The notes below the pieces were generated by a model. That model saw only the letters and a program-made list of their open reading frames with translations, did no database searches and was not told the origin of the DNA. 64,000 nt of DNA from Mobula birostris (lineage: Eukaryota): contig NC_092398.1 in NCBI RefSeq assembly GCF_030028105.1, forward strand, positions 28,614,424-28,678,423, in the 5' to 3' direction. Both the position numbers and the translations under genes were made by a program. Of the stretch, positions 50,697-61,800 are shown piece after piece. Every line of letters starts with the position of its first letter. The stretch's first letter is position 1.

Positions 50697-51170
50697 GGAT
50701 TGGAAGGGGACAGAAGTAAGAGTAAAGCATGAGGAGGGAAAGGAATACATGCTGGCAGATGACGGTGAGTAGCATCGATTTCTCTAACTTCTGGAAATTT
50801 CTCTCCCCTTCCCATCTTATCTTTATCCGTTCCCCATTTGGGCTACCCATTACCCCTTCACTTCTCCTTACTGTCCAGCGCCTCCCTATGGTGTCCCTCC
50901 ACCTTCCGTTTCTCTCAAGGTCCACTCTCCTCTCCTATCAGATTAGTTGAGTGTGGGGAGCTGATGGGAATGTCTCTAGTGTGTAGGTGTGGGGGTGGGG
51001 GGGAGTGGAGTTTAATTGGAGCTAATGGAAATGTTGGAAGAACGAAGTTGGATAAACGTACATGGATATTTGATGGCCAGTGTGAACCAGGGGTCTGTTT
51101 CTGTCTTGAACTACTTCTTGTTCTCTGGCCTGCCCTTATGTTCTACCACTCTTAGTATAGATTTTGGTGT

Positions 51171-51706
51171 GAGGGGTCCCCAACCTTTTTAACACCGTGG
51201 ACTGGTTTAATATTGACAATATTCTTGCGGACCGGCCGACAGGTGTTCAAGTAGGGTTGCCAACTTTCTCACTCCCAAATAAGGGACGGAAGTAGCAGTC
51301 AAATACAGGACACTTGTGTTTACCCCGAGAAAGACTACAACTACCATGAAGCCTTGCGCGGGCACCTGTGTCCACATGCGTGTACATGCAGATTTCTTTT
51401 TCTACAAATTCGGTTTTGGCTTAATCTTCCCGATTCTGTTAAGCGAAACTACACTGTACATACATTATTTCTAGTTTATATAGGCTGTGTATTTATCATA
51501 TCATTCCTGCTTTTACTATGTATTGGTGTTATTTTAGGTTTTATGTGTTATTTGGTATGATTTGGTAGGTTATTTCAAGTTTAACAGTGCGTGACAGGGA
51601 ATGAGGAAAGCTGCAGCTGACTCATATCGTTTCATATCGCCAAATCATATGGTTTCCTCGCGGCCTGGTAGCACATGCTTTGCGGCCCGGTGGTTGGGGA
51701 CCACTG
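51171..51706. mobile_element. hAT/Charlie-type MITE
   Basis: Ends gaggggtccccaacc ... ggttggggaccactg are inverted. No coding capacity, and no TSD is recognisable. Confidence 0.65.
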
Positions 51707-51847
51707 TTTAACCCATGCTGTATCACTGGGTCTCAGATGACCAGACTGGGTATTTGGCCAACTGGGTATCTGTGGCTTTTTTTTTAATGAAGTGTATGAA
51801 GGAAAAGTGTTCACCGGACTGATGAGTACATACAAAAATACTCCTAC

Positions 51848-51949
51848 CTTTCCACCTGATCATTCCTCCGAACACTGCAGTCAGTATGCCAATTATTCCA
51901 GCAATTATTCCAATCACATATCCATAGACTGGATAGGTATTCTTGGGAA
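51848..51949 (-). CDS. WB: MHC W-category beta chain, TM exon (VPKNTYPVYGYVIGIIAGIIGILTAVFGGMIRWK)
   Basis: Acceptor tactgattttcctag, donor G|GTAGGA, 102 nt, phase 1-1. Gly-spaced hydrophobic helix followed by basic RWK; in frame with the C1 exon. Confidence 0.82.
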
Positions 51950-52379
51950 CTAGGAAAATCAGTAAAACTGGGGTCAGAAGATATTACAGCAGAGAGCAGT
52001 TTGGCCGCAGTTGTTCGCACTTCATTGTCTTCACCAGACTTCTCTAGTCTTGGTCCAATACAACAGCAGAGAATGGCCCCTTGTCGAAGAAGGATGTGCT
52101 GGGTTTGAACCCAGGTCACTGGTAGTTAAAGTGTTATGTTACCTGCCAGTTAGACTGCTGGAATGTGCCGGTTGTCTTATGAGAAAGGGTCAGACAGGCT
52201 GAGCTTGTATCCACTGAGGATAGAAGTGTGCTAATTGGCTTATTACGATACACCGAGGTAGAGTAAAAAGTATTTGTGAGCCTGATATCCAAACCATCAT
52301 TCCATATATACAAGGTAGTACAAAAGCAAGTACTTGGGAGAACTCGTGGAGGGTTCCCTTAGTGTTAATTTATCGATTG

Positions 52380-53760
52380 AATCAATGGTAAGGGAGGCAA
52401 ATACAATGTCAGCATTCTTTTCCTATGGACTCGAATATGAAAGCAGGAATCTATTGCCGGGCCTCATTAGGCATCAGTCAAATCCGCACTTGTAGTATTA
52501 CGAGCAGTTTTATCTGGGAATGGATGTGCTTGCATTGGCGAGGGTCCAGAGGAGGTTCACGGGAAATTATCCTGGGAATGAATGGGTTAACATGCAGGGA
52601 ACATTTCACAGGTGAAGGGCAAGTAGCGTCAAGGAAGCAGGGTGTCTGTAGAAGGACTTAGATTGGGAGAATTGGCAAAGAAGTAGCAGATGGAACACAG
52701 TGTCGGGAAGTGTAGTTTGGCAGAAGGAATAAAGGCGTAGACTATTTTTCTGAATGGGAGGAAATTCAGAACTCTGAGGGGCAAAGGGACTTGGGAGTAC
52801 TTATGCAGGACTTCCTAAATGTTAATTTGCAGTTTGAGTTGGTACTGAGGAAGGCAAATGCAATGTGAGCATTTGTTTTGAGAGGACTAGAACATTAAAA
52901 CAAGGACGTGATACTGAGACCTCACTTTAAGTATTATGAGCAGTTTTGGGCCTCTTATCTCAGAAAGGATGTACCGAAATTAGAGAGGGTCCAGAGGAGG
53001 TTCATGAGAATGATCCCAGGAAGGAAAGTACGAACCAAGAGAAAACACAAATCCGAGGTGCAAAGGGAATTGGAGGTCCTCGAACAGGATTCCCGAAAGG
53101 TTAATTTGCAGGTGGAGTCAGGAGTAAGGAAGGCAAGTGCAGTGTTACCAATCTTTTATGCTGAGGCTTCACAAGAGATTGGTCTGATGTAGTTTGAGTA
53201 CTGGAGAGGGTCCGAATGAGATTAACCAGAATGATCCTGACAATGCACAGGTTAACATATGATGAGAATTTGATGGCTCTGGGCCGGTACTTGGTGGAGT
53301 TTAGAAGAATGATGGGGGTGGGGGGGGTGGGGGTGTAAATCTCATTCAATCCTATTAAATACTGAAAAGCCTAGACAGAGTGGACGTGGAGAGGATGTTT
53401 CCTCTCGTGGGGGAGTCGAGCACCAGAGGACACAGCCTCAGAATAGAAGGACATCCCTTTAGAACAGAGATGAGAAGGAACTTCTTTAGGTAAGTCCCTG
53501 AATTCATTGCCACAGACTGCTCTGGAGGCCACTTCACTGGGTAGATTTAAAGATGAAGTTGAAAGGTTCTTGATTATTAAGGGTGTCAAAGGTTACGGGG
53601 AGAAGGCAGAAATACGGGGTTGAGTGGGTAATAAATTAGCCATGAAATGCCAAAGCAGACTCAATAGGCCAAATGGACAAATTCTGCTCCTATAATTTAC
53701 GACCTTATGATGATCAGCATGGACCAGTTGGGCTGAAGGGCCCATATCTGTATTACTCCA
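52380..53760 (+). mobile_element. Cluster of degenerate CR1 3' fragments in a WB intron
   Basis: Repeated CR1 RT C-terminal translations (QFWASYLRKD..ERVQRRF) and the CR1 3' UTR. Confidence 0.75.
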
Positions 53761-54397
53761 TGACTGATGCAGAAAGGGGAGATACTGGTCCTCACCAGGT
53801 TACAGCAGGATTCTGTTCCTGCAAAACAATCGTAACCTGAATGGGTTGAAAATGTGAACCAAATCACCCAATCATGTGGCAGCAACTCAATGCATCAAAG
53901 CATGCAGACATGGCCAAGAGGTCCAGTTGTTGTTCAGACCAAACATCAGTTTGGGGAAGAAATGTGATCTGAGTGACTTTCACCATATGGAATCTAGTCA
54001 AGTTGGCGCCTGTGTACAACGTCCCCCTGGTCGACATCTACCAGATAGTCCATGAAACTGTTTATTTCACTTCTTTTACGTCTGCTTTTCATTTTAAATG
54101 TGTTTCTAGAACTGTTAAGAGCCTGTGATTTACAATTTGGAGATCAATTGAGTGATCTAGTGCTTTGCTGTCTCCAGGAAGATTCCAGGAAGCTCAAACA
54201 GCCTCAAGGCGAAGCAGCTTAAAGATAAGGCAGGGGCCAATGATCGACTCCATTTTGCCAATTAAAGTGTCGAGGAAGATTGAATCTGACGCAACTGCTT
54301 GCCTTTTGATTGCAGGGATGGATTTCTCTGCTGTCAGAGGAGTTTGTGTGGTGCCTTTCACTCACTGCTGTTGGCGGGTAGGCCTCTGTGTTTGAGT

Positions 54398-54399
<2 letters not shown>

Positions 54400-54429
<30 letters not shown>
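54400..54429. repeat. (CT)n microsatellite
   Basis: Direct reading of the sequence. Confidence 0.9.
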
Positions 54430-54435
<6 letters not shown>

Positions 54436-55279
54436 GGTCAGAGGATATTACCAGGTTCTGAATTTATGGATTGGACTATGGACTTTCAGTCTTATGATTT
54501 TTATATTCTATGTTTTCCCCTGTTCTTTCACCTTGTTATTGCAGAGCATGTTTTGTTAGTTTTTTTTTACATGAGGGAGTGGGGTTTTGGTGGGTTGATG
54601 TTCTTGTAGCATTTTGATTTTTTTGTGCAGGGTGGGGGTTTGGGGGGGGTTGATGTTCCTGTTCAGTTTTGTTTTTTTTGTGCAGTGGAGGGGAGGGGGT
54701 TTGATGTTTATCTTTGAATGACTTCCATGGATTTCTTTTTTTCATGGCTATCTGGAGAAGATGAATCTCAGAGTTGAATACTGAATACATAGATTGATAA
54801 TAAATGTACCTTTGAACGATGCTGATGCACGACGGGGTGGTTTGAGTATCTCAGAAATTGTTGAGCTCGTGGGATTTTCAGGTACAAGTCTCGAGAGTTT
54901 AAAGTGAACAGTGTGAAAAACAAACAAAAAAAAATCATCTACTGAGTGGCAGTTGTGGGCAAAAGTGCCTTGTTAGTGAGATTTCAGAGGAGAATGGCCA
55001 GACTGGTTCACGCTAACAGGAACACGACAGTAACTGAAAGAACCGCCTGATACAATGTTGGTGTGCGGAAGAGCGTCACTGAACGCAAACATTTCCAACC
55101 TTGAAGCGGATGAGCTACAGCAGCATAAGACCACGACCTTACACTCAATGGTCACTTTATTATGTAGAGGAGGTGCCTGATAAAGTGGCCACTGAGTGTA
55201 TAATATAGTGTTGGACAGAGTGTGAACCAGATCATCACCAGTACACTGCACCCCAAATTACTCAGACTCTGAGCCTTAC

Positions 55280-55561
55280 CCCAAACTGCATGCAGCTTGT
55301 CAGGGACGCTCAGATGCTCGATTTCACAAGTGTAAGTGTCACCCTTCCCGGGGTCAATTTCGACCTGTAGCCGGACTTGGAACGTCCCATCCCGGTTGGG
55401 TAAAATGCTTGTATTTAGCACTTCCCGATCGATCGCCACACCATTCCGCAGCCACATTGCGTGGATTTTCTTGGGATAAAATCCATGCACTTGGCATGTC
55501 AGGGCCAAGTTATTCTCTCTATTCTTCATGTGTCTTGAGGTTATTGTGATAGTCGGCTTCA
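55280..55561 (-). CDS. WB: MHC W-category beta chain, beta2 Ig C1-set exon
   Basis: Acceptor tttctgtccactgcag, donor G|GTAAGG, 282 nt, phase 1-1. LTCQVHGFYP, MWLRNG, LPNRDGTFQ and YTCEIEH are C1-set motifs. The C1 exon is certain; the WB assignment (versus a nonclassical class I alpha3) is inferred. Confidence 0.85.
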
Positions 55562-56549
55562 CTGCAGTGGACAGAAACACATTGAAGCTGAACTTGGTTA
55601 CGGGATCAAAAAAAGTAGAGTAACAGAATTTCAAAGTTCAAAGTAGGTTTACTATTAAAGCATGTGTATATTATACAATCTTGAGAATACAGCATGATGG
55701 AATGGAGGAACAGACACAATGGGTCGAATGGTCTAATTCTGTTCCTATGTTTATTCACCTCCCTAGATGCTGCCTGGCCTGCTGAATTGTGTGCGCGCGT
55801 GCGCACGCGTGTGTGTGCATGCACGTGCATACGCACATGTTGCTTTGGATTGCCACCATCTGCCGAATCTTCTGTGTTTAGAAACTGTCCCCTGGTCATC
55901 TGCCTCTGACCAGGGGTAGGGTTCTTTCAGTCACTCCCAGGTCACATGAAAGTTTCAAGAACTGTTGGTAACCCAAGGTTTCCATAAGATGGAAATACTT
56001 AGAAATAAAAATTTGCATGGTGAGGTTAATTAGCTACAGGTTAGTGCAGATCAGAATCAGGTTTAATATCACTGACATAGACTCAGTGTCCACTTTATTA
56101 GGTACACCTGCTCATTAATATAAACCTCTAATCAGCCAATCATGTGCCAGCAACTCAATGCATAAAAGCATGCAGACGTTGTCAAGAGGTTCAGTTGTTG
56201 TTCAGACCAAACATCAGAATGGGGAAGAAATGCAATCTAATTGACTTTGACCATGGACCAGATGGGGTGGTCTGAGTATCTCAGAAACTGTTGATCTCCT
56301 GGGATTTTCATACACAACGGTCTCTCGAGTTCACAGAGAACGGTGCGACAAAGAAAAAACATCCAGTGAGCGGCAGTTTTGTGGGTGAAAGCACCTTGTT
56401 AATGAGAGAGGTCAGAGGAGGATGGCCAGACTGGTTCAATCTGACAGGACGGGGACAGTAACTCAAATCACCATGTGTTACAGCAGTGGTGTGCAGAAGA
56501 GCATCTCTGAACGTACAACATGTCACACCTCAAAGTGACTGAGCTGCAG

Positions 56550-58860
56550 CAGTGATTCCCAAGGGGAGTGCGGTATTGTATGATGTCATGGGGGAAGAGT
56601 GACACCCTTACTTGAGGCTCGAGACCTGACCGACCGTTAGTAGACTAGGCACTTCCGACAAAAAGGATGAGGCACTGGAACACAGGAAGAACCACAGCTC
56701 AGCAGGCGGTGAGCACCGTCATCACAACAAGTCTGAAATTTGACAATCTCATCCAACCTTACCAACCAAACAGACATTATTGGGGATGCATAAATTAGCA
56801 AACAGGGTGTCCAACAATTACCCTTGACTGGCAGCACGGAACGAGTTCGTGCAATTTAACGGTTGATAGGTCAAGTACACCCTCTCCACCTTCGTGACAG
56901 ATCTGTGGAAAACAGGTCACGCAACGATACAGTGCTGGCCGGAACCAAATGGAGAAATAGAGTCAATCAGTGAACCCGTCAACACTGAGGAATCCTCTTG
57001 AGGTGTTCAAAGTGACCTCAGCTTCATATGTGCGGTCAAGAACCATCTTTGGGGATTACGAAACTTTACGTGACTGGTCAATCGTGCTGACTGGAATAGT
57101 AAGAAGGTAGCTTCCCAAATACAAGCTCTGTCCCGACTAACATTCGATTCCAATCTGAATCCTTGTCAATGTAATTTTTGCAGTTGTGATCGTCTTCATC
57201 TTTGCCTCGCTGTTCCTTTGCGTGCCACTGCCATCGTTCCATCCGTGTCAACTCACTGCCATCAACATCCGATAGGCATTCCCAGTGGTGTTAATTTATT
57301 ATTTTAATTTAGCCCCGTTAACAATGGGTAAGTATGTACGGTGCGATCTCTACAAGCTTGAAGGCGTTGAAGCCTTGCTTTCTAATCCTGCTAAGAAACA
57401 GAAACTACACAAAGTGTGCCAATACAAAGTTACATACCTGAAATATGTTTTTATTCCATCCCATTAGATCAGCAGCGCCCCATGTTTCCTATTTGTAATA
57501 CTGTACTGTCTAATGAATCCATGAAACCATCAAGATTGCAGGAACGCTTCTGCAAAAGACACCCTGAAAAGGCTACTTATGGTATTACTCGGTTCCAAAA
57601 GATGAAAGGAGCATTGCAAAACCATTGCACACTCAAGTCATTTGCCAAGAAATGACCTTGCTAGTGGTCTCATTGCTTCTTATATAATTTCCAAAATGAT
57701 AGCAAGGTGTGGAAAATCTCATACAATTGGTGAAAGATTAATAATGCCTGCTGTATCAGAAGTGCTCACCCCTGTTCTGAAAATGGAAACCAGTATTTTA
57801 AAATCAATTCCTCTGAGCAATAGCTCATAGTATTGATGAAATGAGTGAAGATAAGGAATATCAACTGTGCACAGAGCCACAAAAAACAGAATTTGGGATA
57901 CAACTGGATGAGTCAACAGTGTAAGGCAACACGGCATTGCTAAAGTCATAAGTACAGTTTATCAAAAAGGGAAAAAGAGATTCTCTTTTGTAAAAAGTTA
58001 AAAACATATCAACAGAGAAACAATCTATGATGAGCTCAAAATGTATATTGAAGATGAAAGTATTTCAATTAGGAACATGATTTCTTGTACAAGAGATGGA
58101 GCACCATAAATGACAGGTTGCCATGCCGGTTTAGTGACATTAATGAAAAAAGAAATTCCAAGTCTGTTTGCAATCCATTGTGTAATTCATCATCGATACC
58201 TTGCAGCCAAAAACCTCAGCTCGTGACCTTTTTCAAGCATGACTTTTGTAATACCTGCTATCAACAAAATTAAAGCTCATCCATTAAATAGCAGAATATT
58301 TCACCATTTATGCCAAGATAACAATGCAGAGGTTGAACGCTTGCTTCTTCACACTGAAGTGTGTTGGCTGTCAAAAGGCTGCTGCTTAAAATGTTTCTTT
58401 GATCTTTTTGACACTGGTGGAAGTCAACAAGATTGAACTTCTATATGAAGATGTGGTAAACAAAGCCGATCAGTATGACAAACTGAACATTCTAAATACG
58501 AAACTGCAGCGTGAAAACTTCAATTTAATCCAGGCAAAAAGTGCAGTGTCCACTTTTATCAGAAAATTGGAAATATGTAAGCAAAACATTGGGAGAAGAA
58601 TGTTCTCAGTTTCCCTGCATGGGAAGTATGGCACTCTCTTTCACAGATGGTGATTTGCAAGAGTGCTCCTTACACCTGCAGTCACCAAAGAAAGATTTTC
58701 AGAATTGATTCAAGGATTTGAACGATCCAGAAATTTTGGACTGGGTAATTAGCCCATTCCTTCGCAAGGTGGAAGGACAGAAAGAGGGCTCGCAAGAACA
58801 AATTACCAAAATTCAGAATAAGGGAGAAGCAAAAATGCTTATTTAAAAATGTCCATTTTG
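56550..58860 (+). mobile_element. Degenerate hAT (Charlie/Buster-like) transposon, 3' end cut by L1
   Basis: TIR-like cagtgattcccaa at 56550. Translations include CNTVLSNESMKPSRL (BED finger), KSHTIGERLIMPA, QLDES and LLLHTEVCWLSKG. Confidence 0.82.
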
Positions 58861-61800
58861 GGACTTCGGGGTTGAGCATGGAGTGACTGGGTGCGTGTGA
58901 GTGTGGCTCCCAACTTTTATTGGAAATCTACCTGTTTATCTTTGCCGTATGCTCGAGATAACTGAATATTTAACATTGTGAACAACCTGGGACGTTGCTG
59001 GACGCTGAAATGGCAAATAAAATGTACCTTCGAAGTAAAACTGGAGAAACAGATAGCGAAGCCTCGAGCAAGAAAGCTGATGTTACAGTAATGGCACCGT
59101 TGCACGTCGCTGGACCTGGACCTGCACTGCCTGATGACTTGGAGAGGCTTCGTTTAGTGCTTCTTACTGACATGATGCAAGTGGTGCATTCTGCCCTAAA
59201 AAGAGAACTTGAAGATGCTTTGTCACCAGTGAATGCTACTATGGAACAAATTATGTCTTATTACGAGTCACACAACCAACGCATTCGTGAGGTTGAAGAC
59301 GGCCTGAATGATTACCAACGCATTCGTGAGGTTGAAGACGGCCTGAATGAGCGCCGAAGCCGCCATTGCAGTGTTGCAGAACAAAAACCCATTTCTGAAG
59401 GGAAAGCTAGATGACCTCAAAAATCGGTCGTGGAGATCCAATTTGAGAGTGGTCGGCATTCCTGAAAATTTGGAAGGTTCAGACTCTGTTAAACTTATGA
59501 CCGAGTTTTTTGACAATGTGCTGGGGACAAATTTCTTCCCAAGGCCTCTTGTGCTTTCGTGTGCTCACCAAGTTGGGCCTAAACCATCCAGTGTCTCTGA
59601 AGCTAAGCAAACAAGACCAAGAACGTCCCTGGTTCTCTTTCACTTCTTTAAGATAAGCAATGCATCAATAGACGGAAACAGGAGCTGTATTTCCGCGGAC
59701 ATCGCGTGTTTTTTTTAATGAAGATTTCAGTGCGGAACTGGGGAAAAGACGAGCAGCTTTTGAGGAGGTGAAATCCCTGCTTTATGGGAAAGGGGTCAGG
59801 TTTGGCCTCTTGTATCCTGCCCAGCTCCGGGTCGTGCATGAAGGTGAAAAGCATTATTTCCATACACCAGAGGCGGACAAAGAGTTTTAACATTTGCGCT
59901 GGGGAGAAGAAGAACGAGAAAAGCAATGACTTTTTTTTTGGGTTATTCATGCAGCATTGAAAGGGGCCTCCTGCCGAGGCAAACTGTTAATTTTCGCAAT
60001 CCACTTCTTTGTTCATTTTTTCCAGTTTAATTTGTGGAACATGATCGGGTCAAATTGCTGTGCTGCCGAAACTGATTAACAAAAACTTTTAACCAGCAAA
60101 ATGTAAATATTTGGGATTTGTATCTCTGGTGTTTAGTTTCCTAGTTTTTTTTAATGGTTTGCTTGACCTGAGTTATCTTTAGCCTATATATATTACAGAT
60201 AGAATAAGTGATGGTATAAATTTTAAGGAGGGGAGCCACCCTAGATTAGATTGAAAGTTTAGTTGTATGGGGAACGCTTTGGAAGTTTTTTGTTGGGTAC
60301 TGCCTGCGACCATCCTCAGTTGGGGAGGTAGATCTAGTTTTCGGGGGTTAATTGGGTTTTTTTGTTGTTTGTGTAAAGGGGTGGGGGTAGTGTTTTAGGG
60401 GATTACCATGGCAGTTTATTATTTTGTGTGTTACGGATTGGCCAGACTTTCTTTTCATTGTGCATTATCATGTGCAGCTTGTGCCCTCGCACTGTTTGGA
60501 TTGTAGGTGCTGTTTGTCTTTTGATATGGTTAACATGAGTGCTGCTGATGGAGGCCACCCTGTGAGGTTTACTTCTTGGAATGTAAAGGGGCTCAGTGGT
60601 CCTGTTAAAAGAGCTAAAGTTTTCTCTCATCTCAAACAATTAAAAGCAGATATACCATTTCTACAAGAGACACATTTAAAAGTATAAGACCATAATAGAC
60701 TTTGTAAAGCGTGGATTAGTCAGGTTTTTCATTCTAGATTTAATAGTAGGTCCAGGGGGGTGGCAATATTAATCACCAAAAGAATGCAGTTTACACCATC
60801 TGATGTAATCAGTGACCTTAATGGTCACTTTATTATAGACTCTGGATCTCTCTTTCAGATACCTGTCATTTTGGTATATGTTTATGCCCCTAATTGGGAC
60901 GACGTCCACTTTGCAAATAAGGTTTTGTCATTAATACCTAACCTGAATACACACCGGCTAATCTTTTCAGGAGATTTGAATTGTGCTATTGACCCACTGC
61001 TTGATAGGTCTAGCTCTAGGGGAACATTTTCCGGTATGGCAAAGGCCTTCTCGATGTTTATGCAACAAAATGGTTATATGGATCCTTGGAGATTTTTGAA
61101 TCCATCATTCTCTTTCTTTTCTCATGTTCAACACTCCTATTCCAGGCTAGACTATTTCTTTATAGATAGCTCCTTGATACCAATGATTAGACAAATTGAG
61201 TATACTGCTGTAGTTATATCTGATCACTTGCCCGTGAAACTGGACCTATGTTTTCCTTTAAACATTAGAGAACGGCCTCTGTGGAGACCCCTTTTGCTTT
61301 CCAATGAGAAATTTTGTAGTTATATCAGCTAACAAAAACACATTTTTCGAGACCAACAAAACTGAGTTGATATCGTACTCTTTACTTTGGGAAACTTTAA
61401 AAGCTTTCTTGAGGGGTCAAATAATATCTTATACTTCACATGCCAATAAAGAGCATAGGAAGGAAATGCAAGTGTTATCGCAATCTATTTTGGACCTGGA
61501 TAGGCAATATTCCGAGGCACCCACTGCAGAATTATATAAAAGCTGGGCTGATTTGCAAGCGAAGTTTAATCTTCTCTTTACAAACCAATCAGAACAATTA
61601 ATTCTTAAGGCATGTGGCCTCTAATATGGTGACAAGGTGAGCCGGCTTATGGCTCATCAGTTGAAGCGTCAAGCTGCATCACAACTTATTCCCCAGATAA
61701 GAGACACGCACCAAAACTTGACAAGCAATCCAAAAGAGATTAATAACATCTTTGCAACTTTTTATTCCTCTCTGTATGCCTCACAGTTCCCCTCAGGTAT

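Noticed and set aside
57080-57290. 70-codon minus-strand open frame (..DDHNCKNYID..) as the WB beta1 exon
   Set aside because: It is bounded by stops, has no splice acceptor or donor in phase, is too short, and lies inside the hAT element.
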